NCBI GenBank assembly: GCA_963706595.1 | Contig: OY970166.1 | Coordinates: 640,001 to 704,000 of the forward strand | Direction: 5' to 3' | Length of the DNA: 64,000 bases | Source of the DNA: an uncultured cyanobacterium | GTDB taxonomy: Bacteria; Cyanobacteriota; Cyanobacteriia; Cyanobacteriales; Nostocaceae | Shown here: positions 49,894 to 58,270 of the stretch, piece by piece | Position numbering within the stretch: position 1 is the first letter of the stretch | Layout of the letters: every line of letters begins with the position of its first letter | Notes under the pieces: model-generated | Database searches by the model: none | Told to the model about the DNA's origin: nothing | The model's input: the letters and a program-made list of their open reading frames with translations, nothing else | Program-made: the position numbers and the translations under genes

Positions 49894-51519
49894 TTATGGT
49901 TGAGGTGATATTTGCTTGACTTTTGCTGCCAAAGGATTGGGTTTGGGATTTGGCGGTAGTTCTTGGGGGACTACTGTTAAGTAAGGTTGAAGCTTGGTTT
50001 CATCAACCCAACCAGAGTAATATTTTAACCTAGTAGATTCGCTAGAAAGCTCAAGTAACTCTAAATCGCCACGCATGGCATTCCAATTCATGGGAGCATC
50101 GGGTGAAAATTCTCCAGAACCAACGCCTTGGGGACCACCACCGACGAAATTCCCAGATACTTCATCCCATCCTCGCACAAAGTCTTCTCCATTCCAATGC
50201 CAAAGAAAACCAGGCCAACTAACGGGGGGTTTTCCTGGTGGCAAAGAGATGGGAAACTCATAAAGACTTGCACCCTCATTCAGATTTGCTGTAAAACCTT
50301 GAGGATATCTCACCTCATAACGTCCTTTACGAGTCTGAAAATCAACCAGACTCCACCACAAAACTTCTAAAGTTTCTTCCCCATTTTTTGCAGATAAAGA
50401 AACAGCCGGAGTTTTATTAATCGATGTACTGTAAAGCGGTAATTCCTCGGTGGGTAGTTTAGCCATTGCTGCAAATCGCCAACAATTCCAACTATCAGAA
50501 TTATCAGCAGTTTGCCATTTTACTTGACAAATACCGTTAGCTGTACTCACCCAAAGTAGCTCATTTTCTAACCGCAGTTTGTCAGGAATTGCCCCCACTA
50601 AAGGGCTATTATGAACAGTATATGCAGTCAAAGAACCAGAATTAGGGTTTTGCAAATCAGGACGATAAGCAACTAGTCCTTTTGCAGGAAGGTAGGGATT
50701 TCCTTCGCCACTAAGTTGAGTCCCCATCCACAAAGTCGGACTCTTGACATCTCCTGTAATAGACAAATCAGTAATTTGTGTAAACTCCAATTCTTTTGGT
50801 TGAATTAAAGTAAACTTATTCGTCTGCGGATCATAATTAAGAATAGTAGGAAGGCCATTATTACCTTCACCTTGCTCGAAAGAAATTGTCCACCAAATTC
50901 TTTCTCCATAAGTTATAGAACTGGTAATGCGAGGGAAACCTAATTGACTTCCCGATGCTGCTGCTTGTAAATCCTCAAGAGTATATAGTGTTTGTTTTTG
51001 AGAGCTTTGATTATCTGGAGTAATTAACTCAAATACCACTTTATCCTCTGCTGGTTTTGGTTCCTTCTCTCTGGTAATCAGATTATTTTCATCCAAGGAA
51101 AATGGCGGCTCTCTCAAAACTCGATATTGATAAGTTTTACCCTGAAAATCAATATTTTTTAATCTGGGATTTACTAACTCTGCGGCTAATTTTACATAGT
51201 CACTTGGTGGCAGCAAATTCTTGGCTAAAGTTCCAGGTTGTACCGTCAAGGTATTATTACCCCGACAAAAAACAAAATCCTGTTTTAAAGATTGAAACTT
51301 GAGAGTATCAGCATCTGCTAAAATATTGTAAATATGGAAATCAAACCTATCAGAGAAATTTTCATCCGGCTGGGTAACAGGTAAAGCCACAACTGTTTCC
51401 TGGGGACAACTTTGGACTTGCGGTTTAACAACATTATTTGTCTGAGCAGAATTATTAGATACGGAAGCGCAGGAATTGAGTAATAAAAAAGTACCGAAAA
51501 ATGGGATGAAAAGTTTCAT
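49894..51519 (-). CDS. Hypothetical lipoprotein
   Basis: Lipobox-like LLNSC; 541-aa beta-rich ORF directly upstream of thiD. Confidence 0.8.
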   Translation of the reverse strand: MKLFIPFFGTFLLLNSCASVSNNSAQTNNVVKPQVQSCPQETVVALPVTQPDENFSDRFDFHIYNILADADTLKFQSLKQDFVFCRGNNTLTVQPGTLAKNLLPPSDYVKLAAELVNPRLKNIDFQGKTYQYRVLREPPFSLDENNLITREKEPKPAEDKVVFELITPDNQSSQKQTLYTLEDLQAAASGSQLGFPRITSSITYGERIWWTISFEQGEGNNGLPTILNYDPQTNKFTLIQPKELEFTQITDLSITGDVKSPTLWMGTQLSGEGNPYLPAKGLVAYRPDLQNPNSGSLTAYTVHNSPLVGAIPDKLRLENELLWVSTANGICQVKWQTADNSDSWNCWRFAAMAKLPTEELPLYSTSINKTPAVSLSAKNGEETLEVLWWSLVDFQTRKGRYEVRYPQGFTANLNEGASLYEFPISLPPGKPPVSWPGFLWHWNGEDFVRGWDEVSGNFVGGGPQGVGSGEFSPDAPMNWNAMRGDLELLELSSESTRLKYYSGWVDETKLQPYLTVVPQELPPNPKPNPLAAKVKQISPQP

Positions 51520-51648
51520 GATTAAAATTACTGATTGGAGAGATTCAAATCCCCGACTTCTTCAAGAAGTCGGGAATCTTTCTAGATTTCTAGCGTACTT
51601 GGTGGTATGCGCTATGCAAACGTTAAAAAATCTAAATTTCCCTAAAGA

Positions 51649-52080
51649 CTACTGATTTTGTTCCGTATTTAAACCTTGCCATACGCCCTGCAAATACTTA
51701 CCCCATTTTGCAGCTAGAGGAACTTCTGTAAATGGAATGCGTACAAACTGGGATTCAGACAAGAGAAATTCCAACTCAATGACGCGACCTTTTTGGGGAT
51801 AATTTTCTACTTCTACTACTTTTTCATCTACCAAAAGACGTATATCTTTAACATCTAGCAAAGAAAAAGTTTCTAATTTAATCGGACCTTTAGTTGTGGG
51901 TTTTCCCCAACTTATATTGTAATCTTTTAGACCCAATACAGCATAAATATCATATTTGGATTTATCAAATTGCTCCGCCCAAACACGATATGCTTCCAGC
52001 TTCTGGTACTCCCTTGAGCCTTGCCAAGCCAACCAGAAAAACGCAAATAGCAAAGGCAACCATAATAGACCACGTTCCAT
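51649..52080 (-). CDS. Conserved hypothetical protein
   Basis: N-terminal TM, AKYDIYAVLG-like motif (SKYDIYAVLG), WGKPT, IPFT. Confidence 0.75.
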   Translation of the reverse strand: MERGLLWLPLLFAFFWLAWQGSREYQKLEAYRVWAEQFDKSKYDIYAVLGLKDYNISWGKPTTKGPIKLETFSLLDVKDIRLLVDEKVVEVENYPQKGRVIELEFLLSESQFVRIPFTEVPLAAKWGKYLQGVWQGLNTEQNQ

Positions 52081-52188
52081 TGTTTAAACAGTCCTCAATC
52101 TTGAGTAAAAATTGTCCAAAGTCACCAATCAGGCATGAAGATAAGTTATGGTAGTGGGAAAACTGGCAAAAAGCGGTGATCAGTTAAT

Positions 52189-54042
52189 ATGAAAAGACTT
52201 ATATTATTGTGCTTGTTTGTCATCGGGCTGGGGGCTGCTGTATTTGGATTCCTGAATTTTCAGGGTTTAGCAGCTAAAGGCGAGTTTGAGACGATTGTGC
52301 TAGATTTTCGCCAAGATATTCCCGCAGAGGTAATACAGCAGAATTTACAAGCGATCGCTCAAGAATACAACGTTACACCCCGATTAGACAATCAATTTTC
52401 AGCGTCAGATAATGTGTATATTATTGAAGGCGATCGCCAGCGACTGAAAAAACTGAAAAAATCTCCATTCGCCGAATTTATCCAATTAATCGAGCCAAAT
52501 TACATCTATAGAAAGATTCCTCTACCAGCTGAAGCAATTTGGTTTGAAGAGATTTTGCAATCTCCAGATAATCAAGCAAATCCGGCATTAATTGGCCCCA
52601 ACGACCAATATTACAGCAAACAGTGGAACCTACACAACATCGGCATAGAAGGCGCATGGACTCAAACCAAAGGTAGCGGCGTAACAGTAGCTGTCATTGA
52701 CACCGGGATAACACGCGTCCGTGACTTGGTAGACACGAAATTTGTGAAAGGGTATGATTTTGTGAGCGATCGCGAAGAAGCCACAGACGATAACGGACAC
52801 GGTACTCACGTCGCCGGCACCATAGCCCAAGCCACCAATAATACCTACGGCGTAGCCGGCATTGCCTACGAAGCCAGTCTTATGCCCTTAAAAGTCCTCA
52901 GCGCCTACGGTGGCGGAACCGTCGCCGACATAGCCGAAGCAATTAAATTCGCTGCCGACAACGGTGCAGACGTAATTAATATGAGCTTAGGCGGCGGTGG
53001 TGAAAGCCAATTAATGAAGCAAGCCATCGACTACGCCCATAACAAAGGCGTAACAATTGTAGCAGCAGCCGGCAACGAAAATGCCAATGGCGCAAGTTAT
53101 CCCGCACGTTACCCCCACGTCATTGGCGTTTCTGCATTTGGTCCAGACGGAGAAAAAGCCGCCTATTCCAACTTTGGCGCAGGCGTAGATATTTCAGCCC
53201 CTGGTGGTAGTGAAGCCGGGACAATTCTCCAAGAAACCATCGACCCCGACAACAACAACGAAGGAGTATTTCTGGGACTCCAGGGAACCAGCATGGCTTC
53301 CCCCCACGTTGCAGGTGTAGCAGCATTAATTAAAGCATCTGGAGTCACAGAACCAGACGAAATATTAAAAGTCCTCAAGCAGTCAGCACGAGTTATCCAA
53401 GAAGATAGCTTCAACTATTATGGTGCGGGACAACTTAACGCCGAAGCAGCAGTAAAACTCGCCACACAAGGACAAATCAGTTTCCAAGACTTCTTCCGGT
53501 GGTTAAGAGATAACGGCTATCTCAACCCCCGCTTTTGGATTGATGGCGGTGCAGTAGCACTCATACCGAAGCTAATGATGGTATTCGGTTCCTATCTCCT
53601 GGCTTGGTTTTTGCGAGTTTACTTCCCCTTCGCCTGGAGTTGGTCTTTATCCAGTGGCTTAATAGCCGGTAGTTCTGGTTTATTCTTCCTGCGCGGATTA
53701 TATATCTTTGACCTACCCCAATGGCCATTCCGAATTTTAGGCAGTTCCATTCCCGAACTAGGAAACACCCTCCAAGGAACGAACGCCTTAAATCCCATAT
53801 TTGCCAGCGTCTTAATTCCCGTAGTCTTAATAGCATTATTCTTAGGACATCCTAGCTGGAAATGGTTTGCCATTGGTTCGAGCTTAGGCTTTGCCGCATT
53901 TTTAACAGTTAGTGCCATTTACGACCCAACAGTTTGGGGCTTAGGAAGTAGCTACCTAGCGCGGAGTTTCCTCATCACCAACGCCGTACTCTGTTATGGA
54001 CTAGCGCGTTTAGCATTAAAAACCGAAACTCAAACAACATAA
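52189..54042 (+). CDS. S8 subtilisin-like serine protease with a C-terminal membrane domain
   Basis: Catalytic triad VAVIDTG, HGTHVAG, GTSMASPHVAG; several C-terminal TMs. Confidence 0.95.
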   Translation: MKRLILLCLFVIGLGAAVFGFLNFQGLAAKGEFETIVLDFRQDIPAEVIQQNLQAIAQEYNVTPRLDNQFSASDNVYIIEGDRQRLKKLKKSPFAEFIQLIEPNYIYRKIPLPAEAIWFEEILQSPDNQANPALIGPNDQYYSKQWNLHNIGIEGAWTQTKGSGVTVAVIDTGITRVRDLVDTKFVKGYDFVSDREEATDDNGHGTHVAGTIAQATNNTYGVAGIAYEASLMPLKVLSAYGGGTVADIAEAIKFAADNGADVINMSLGGGGESQLMKQAIDYAHNKGVTIVAAAGNENANGASYPARYPHVIGVSAFGPDGEKAAYSNFGAGVDISAPGGSEAGTILQETIDPDNNNEGVFLGLQGTSMASPHVAGVAALIKASGVTEPDEILKVLKQSARVIQEDSFNYYGAGQLNAEAAVKLATQGQISFQDFFRWLRDNGYLNPRFWIDGGAVALIPKLMMVFGSYLLAWFLRVYFPFAWSWSLSSGLIAGSSGLFFLRGLYIFDLPQWPFRILGSSIPELGNTLQGTNALNPIFASVLIPVVLIALFLGHPSWKWFAIGSSLGFAAFLTVSAIYDPTVWGLGSSYLARSFLITNAVLCYGLARLALKTETQTT

Positions 54043-54204
54043 GAAGGAATGAAAATAGGAAAGGGGGCAGGGTACAGGGTGCAGAGGAGAAGAAGAGCGG
54101 TTGTTAAGTAACCGGAAGTTTAAAGTAACTTCTAACTCCCCCCTGCTCCCTGCTCCCTGCTCCCCTGCCTCTTCCCCCACTCCCTACTCCCCACTCCCTA
54201 AAAT

Positions 54205-54430
54205 ATGAGCATTACAGTTACAGGTAAAATCGAACGCCGAGATATTGGTACTGGCGCTTGGGCGTTAGTCACAGACGAGGGTAATACTTACGAAATCCTC
54301 AGAGGTGCTGACAAAAACTTGCTCAAAGCCGGACAAACGGCAAAAATTACCGGACAGGTACGTGAAGATGTCATGACCATGGCCATGATAGGCACCTGTC
54401 CTGGAAGTCAAATCATTTGAGTTAGTGTAG
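54205..54430 (+). CDS. Small OB-fold-like hypothetical protein with an apparent 1-nt frameshift near the 3' end
   Basis: MSITVTGKIER..GTGAWAL..G+VREDVMTMAMIG. Removing one base at 54393/54394 gives PVLEVKSFELV* ending at 54430. Confidence 0.7.
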
Positions 54431-54435
54431 GACTT

Positions 54436-54753
54436 TTAACTATCCGCCGAATTGAGAACGTCTTGTAGACGAGTTCTAAACTCACCTTTAGGATGACCGC
54501 CTTTGACTTCACCTTTAATCTGAAATTCTCCTTCTGGAGATTCACAGATAATGTAAGTCGGCCATCCCATTTCTGATTTATCTGGATACTGAGACAACAA
54601 AACTTTTCGATACTTACGGTAACTAGCCGTATCTTGCATTTTTACATCGATAAATTGCAAACCCAGTTCTTCAGCCACCTTTTGGTCATAAAAAGACATT
54701 TTGTGGCAGATACCGCACTCTTCGGAAGAAAATTTAATAACAGCTAAACTCAT
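54436..54753 (-). CDS. Thioredoxin-fold protein
   Basis: KFSSEECGICHKM (CxxC) and GWPTY cis-Pro motif. Confidence 0.85.
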   Translation of the reverse strand: MSLAVIKFSSEECGICHKMSFYDQKVAEELGLQFIDVKMQDTASYRKYRKVLLSQYPDKSEMGWPTYIICESPEGEFQIKGEVKGGHPKGEFRTRLQDVLNSADS

Positions 54754-55483
54754 GAGGCTATGTGCATATAAGCTTTAGGGAGGCTACCATATTTTCAATA
54801 ACCCACAATCAAATTCTAGAAAAAATTAATGCTTTGAGCAAACATCGGCGGAAATATTTCTGTAGTTAAGCGATCGCAATTATTTGTAGGATAGTTATAC
54901 CCATTTAATATGAAGCTGCATAGAAATAACCTCACCGCCTGCAACTCCTCCCCTTCTCCCAAAGGGCTACGGTGTACACACATCCTGAACCAAAGAGAGT
55001 TTCCAGCCCTAAAAATCAGATTTAAGCGAAAATCTTGTTCCCCTCCTCGCTTGCGGGGAGGGGCTAGGGGTGGGGTTTCATGTGATCCCCCAGCTTGTGA
55101 AAGGGTCAAAGCTAGCCAAAAAAAATCTGGATATTTACTTGAAAATTATGATATTATTTATAAAACTACAATTAATACATCTACAAAATGTAGTTTTGCA
55201 TAATAGCTAGGCGATAACTAAGGCAACTCCAAAAAGTAATGCAAAAATGCAGTACTGGTAAGCTTTAAGGCTAAAGGTATCAGGGTAAAGTAACCTAGAA
55301 AGTGTGATAGACACTCAGAGTATTTTGACAACCTTATCAGTGCGGAGGTTGCTAACGAAGTAGGGAATTAGCACAATTTGTAAACATATCTAGACAGTCA
55401 TTTCTGTTTAGGCATATTATAGAAACAGCTAATCGTGCTACTATCAGCCGAAGTCTGAGACAGGATGCAAAAGCTAAATTAGT

Positions 55484-55640
55484 GTCAGCAACCCCACGCA
55501 TAAATGCGGCGGCTTGAAAAAGCCCTAATCTGATCACCTCAAGTCTTAACTGATTACATTTAAGGCAAGAGTGAGACATACCAGGGTATACGAAGCTCGT
55601 TTCCGGCTCTAAAACTCAACTATTAAACATCGGTTAGGTA
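55484..55640 (+). ncRNA. Orphan, probably truncated HEARO / IscB omegaRNA-like sequence (IS200/IS605 end)
   Basis: GTCAGCAACCCCACGCATAAATGCGGCGGCTTGAAAAAGCCCTAATCTGATCACCTCAAGTCTTAACTGATTACATT...CGAAGCTCGTTTCCGGCTCT...ATTAAACA follows the motif order I recall for HEARO 5' halves; no IscB ORF follows. Confidence 0.65.
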
Positions 55641-56312
55641 GTTTTGTCCAGATTTTTAGAAATTGCTTAAACTAAGGTTTTGTCAACAAACTATGATAAT
55701 TATAGAAATAAAAAACTATTTACAGTAGAATGTTTTTATAAAATTGCGTTATAATATTTACCTAAGCATCTACAAATGAGATAAGGCTGTCGGCAGAAGA
55801 CTTTAAAAAAAACTCCATCAAATCTTTGCCCGTTATGGGAGTTAGTTATCAGGGTGCATCTACTAATTAAATGTTCTAAGGTTAAGCCCATCTCTCCGGA
55901 TAAATCTTTCCCAAGATTTGTTATTATTCTACTTGAATAAAAAAATCCCCTAGTGGTGGCAGCCAGCCAGGGGAGTTAGTTATCAGGGTGTATCTACCAA
56001 TCAACTTTTCTAGGACAAAATAGTATGTTCCGGATAGAATTGTCACAATTGGGAATGTTGGTTATACCCAACATAAAAAAATCCCTCAGTGGTGGCGGTC
56101 TAGGGGAGTTAAGTATCAGGACGCATTTATCAAGAACCCGTTTTTAGCTTAAAGAGTAGAGTTTATTCTGAACACTGGACAAAATTATCATTAATGATAT
56201 GATAGTTGCTATTCGCAGAATAAAAAAATCCCCCAGTGAGTGTTAGTCAGGCAGGGGAATTAATTATCAGGGTGCATCTACCAATTTAATCTTCGCGCTG
56301 CAACTACCATTT

Positions 56313-56318
56313 TCCGGA
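56313..56318 (-). promoter_or_regulatory. DIF1 motif (heterocyst-specific -35 element), one per NsiR1 unit
   Basis: TCCGGA 31-36 nt upstream of the inferred start at 56282; also at 55895 and 56029. The core units carry TCCGGT or TCCGGG. Confidence 0.8.
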
Positions 56319-56356
56319 AAAGACATCTGAATGATCATGGTTACTGTTAACTGAAC

Positions 56357-57996
56357 AAAAAAATCCCCCAACAGGTGTTAGACAGTCAGGGGAGTTAGTT
56401 ATCAGGGTGCATCTACTAATTTAATCTTCGTAGCATCTCTACCATTCACCGGAAATTTATCAAAAACTGTGAATTGCATAAAAAAATCCCCCAACGGGTG
56501 TTAGACAGTCAGGGGAGTTAGTTATCAGGGTGCATCTACTAATTTAATCTTCGTAGCATCTCTACCATTGACCGGAAATTTATCAGAATTGCATAAAAAA
56601 ATCCCCCAACGGGTGTTAGCCAGTCAGGGGAGTTAGTTATCAGGGTGCATCTACTAATTTAATCTTCGTGCTATATCTACCATTGACCGGAAATTTATCA
56701 GAATTGCATAAAAAAATCCCCCAACGGGTGTTAGCCAGTCAGGGGAGTTAGTTATCAGGGTGCATCTACTAATTTAATCTTCGTAGCATCTCTACCATTG
56801 ACCGGAAATTTATCAGAATTGCATAAAAAAATCCCCCAACGGGTGTTAGCCAGTCAGGGGAGTTAGTTATCAGGGTGCATCTACTAATTTAATCTTCGTA
56901 GCATCTCTACCATTGACCGGAAATTTATCAAAAACTGTCAATTGCATAAAAAAATCCCCCAACGGGTGTTAGCCAGTCAGGGGAGTTAGTTATCAGGGTG
57001 CATCTACCAATTTAATCTTCGTGCTTCATCTACCATTGACCGGAAATTTATCAAAAACTGTCAATTGCATAAAAAAATCCCCCAACGGGTGTTAGCCAGT
57101 CAGGGGAGTTAGTTATCAGGGTGCATCTACTAATTTAATCTTCGTAGCATCTCTACCATTGACCGGAAATTTATCAAAAACTGTCAATTGCATAAAAAAA
57201 TCCCCCAACGGGTGTTAGCCAGTCAGGGGAGTTAGTTATCAGGGTGCATCTACTAATTTAATCTTCGTGCTATATCTACCATTGACCGGAAATTTATCAG
57301 AATTGCATAAAAAAATCCCCCAACGGGTGTTAGCCAGTCAGGGGAGTTAGTTATCAGGGTGCATCTACCAATTTAATCTTCGTGCTTCATCTACCATTGA
57401 CCGGAAATTTATCAGAATTGCATAAAAAAATCCCCCAACGGGTGTTAGCCAGTCAGGGGAGTTAGTTATCAGGGTGCATCTACCAATTTAATCTTCGTGC
57501 TATATCTACCATTGACCGGAAATTTATCAGAATTGCATAAAAAAATCCCCCAACGGGTGTTAGCCAGTCAGGGGAGTTAGTTATCAGGGTGCATCTACTA
57601 ATTTAATCTTCGTGCTATATCTACTATTTCCCGGAAATTTATCAAAAACTGTGAATTGCATAAAAAAATCCCCCAACGGGTGTTAGACAGTCAGGGGAGT
57701 TAGTTATCAGGGTGCATCTACCAATTTAATCTTCGTGCTTCATCTACCATTGACCGGAAATTTAGCAAAAACTGTGAATTGCATAAAAAAATCCCCCAAC
57801 GGGTGTTAGACAGTCAGGGGAGTTAGTTATCAGGGTGCATCTACCAATTTAATCTTCGTGCTTCATCTACCATTGACCGGAAATTTATCAGAATTGCATA
57901 AAAAAATCCCCCAACGGGTGTTAGCCAGTCAGGGGAGTTAGTTATCAGGGTGCATCTACCAATTTAATCTTCGCGCTTCATCTACCATTTCCCGGA
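56357..57996. repeat. Homogenised core: 14 near-identical direct repeats of 115 or 123 bp
   Basis: TCCCCCAAC anchors at 56364, 56487, 56602, 56717, 56832, 56955, 57078, 57201, 57316, 57431, 57546, 57669, 57792 and 57907. Confidence 0.97.
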
Positions 57997-58270
57997 AAAA
58001 TTTATCACAATTATGGTTGTTGTTTACCAAAGATGCAAAAACCTGAATAGGCATTAGCCGACTAAAGGAGTGGAAGAATAAGGTGCATTTACCAATAAAT
58101 TTTTCTAGGCCAGTGCGAGCTAATGCAGATAAAATTAGAGCCGAGGCAACAAAATAACTTGGTTTGGAAACATTCAGCAACAGGATGCATCTAAAGTATC
58201 AGAAGGAGCGAAAAATCGAATTGAAACTTTCGCGTTTCAAACTAGATTTAGGAGGCGAACAGGAAAAGTT

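Larger units (their letters stand above)
55805..58093 (-). ncRNA. nsiR1: NsiR1 tandem sRNA array (~19 copies of a ~60-nt RNA), upstream of and antisense to the hetF leader
   Basis: Each unit on the minus strand reads TCCGG(A/T/G) at about -35, then RGTAGATGCACCCTGATAACTAACTCCCCTGACTG(G/T)CTAACACCCGTTGGGGGATTTTTTT (hairpin plus U tract; e.g. 56540-56480). The location upstream of hetF matches the known NsiR1 locus. Confidence 0.93.

Noticed and set aside
49000..54994. Composite transposon bounded by the inverted GTGTACACACATCC ends
   Set aside because: The ends face outward, enclose housekeeping genes (thiD, subtilase), and there is no transposase or shared target duplication.
55325..55356. 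Second inverted IS/HEARO end (GTTAGCAACCTCCGCAC on the minus strand)
   Set aside because: Similarity is limited to ~15 nt and no downstream HEARO motifs follow.
55461..55469. Putative omegaRNA guide targeting the hetF leader (caggatgca also at 58181)
   Set aside because: Only a 9-nt match, at the scaffold-distal end; expected by chance.
55805..58093. CRISPR array
   Set aside because: Whole 115/123-bp units are repeated with no unique spacers and no cas genes. Each unit has a promoter and terminator, and the locus matches NsiR1.
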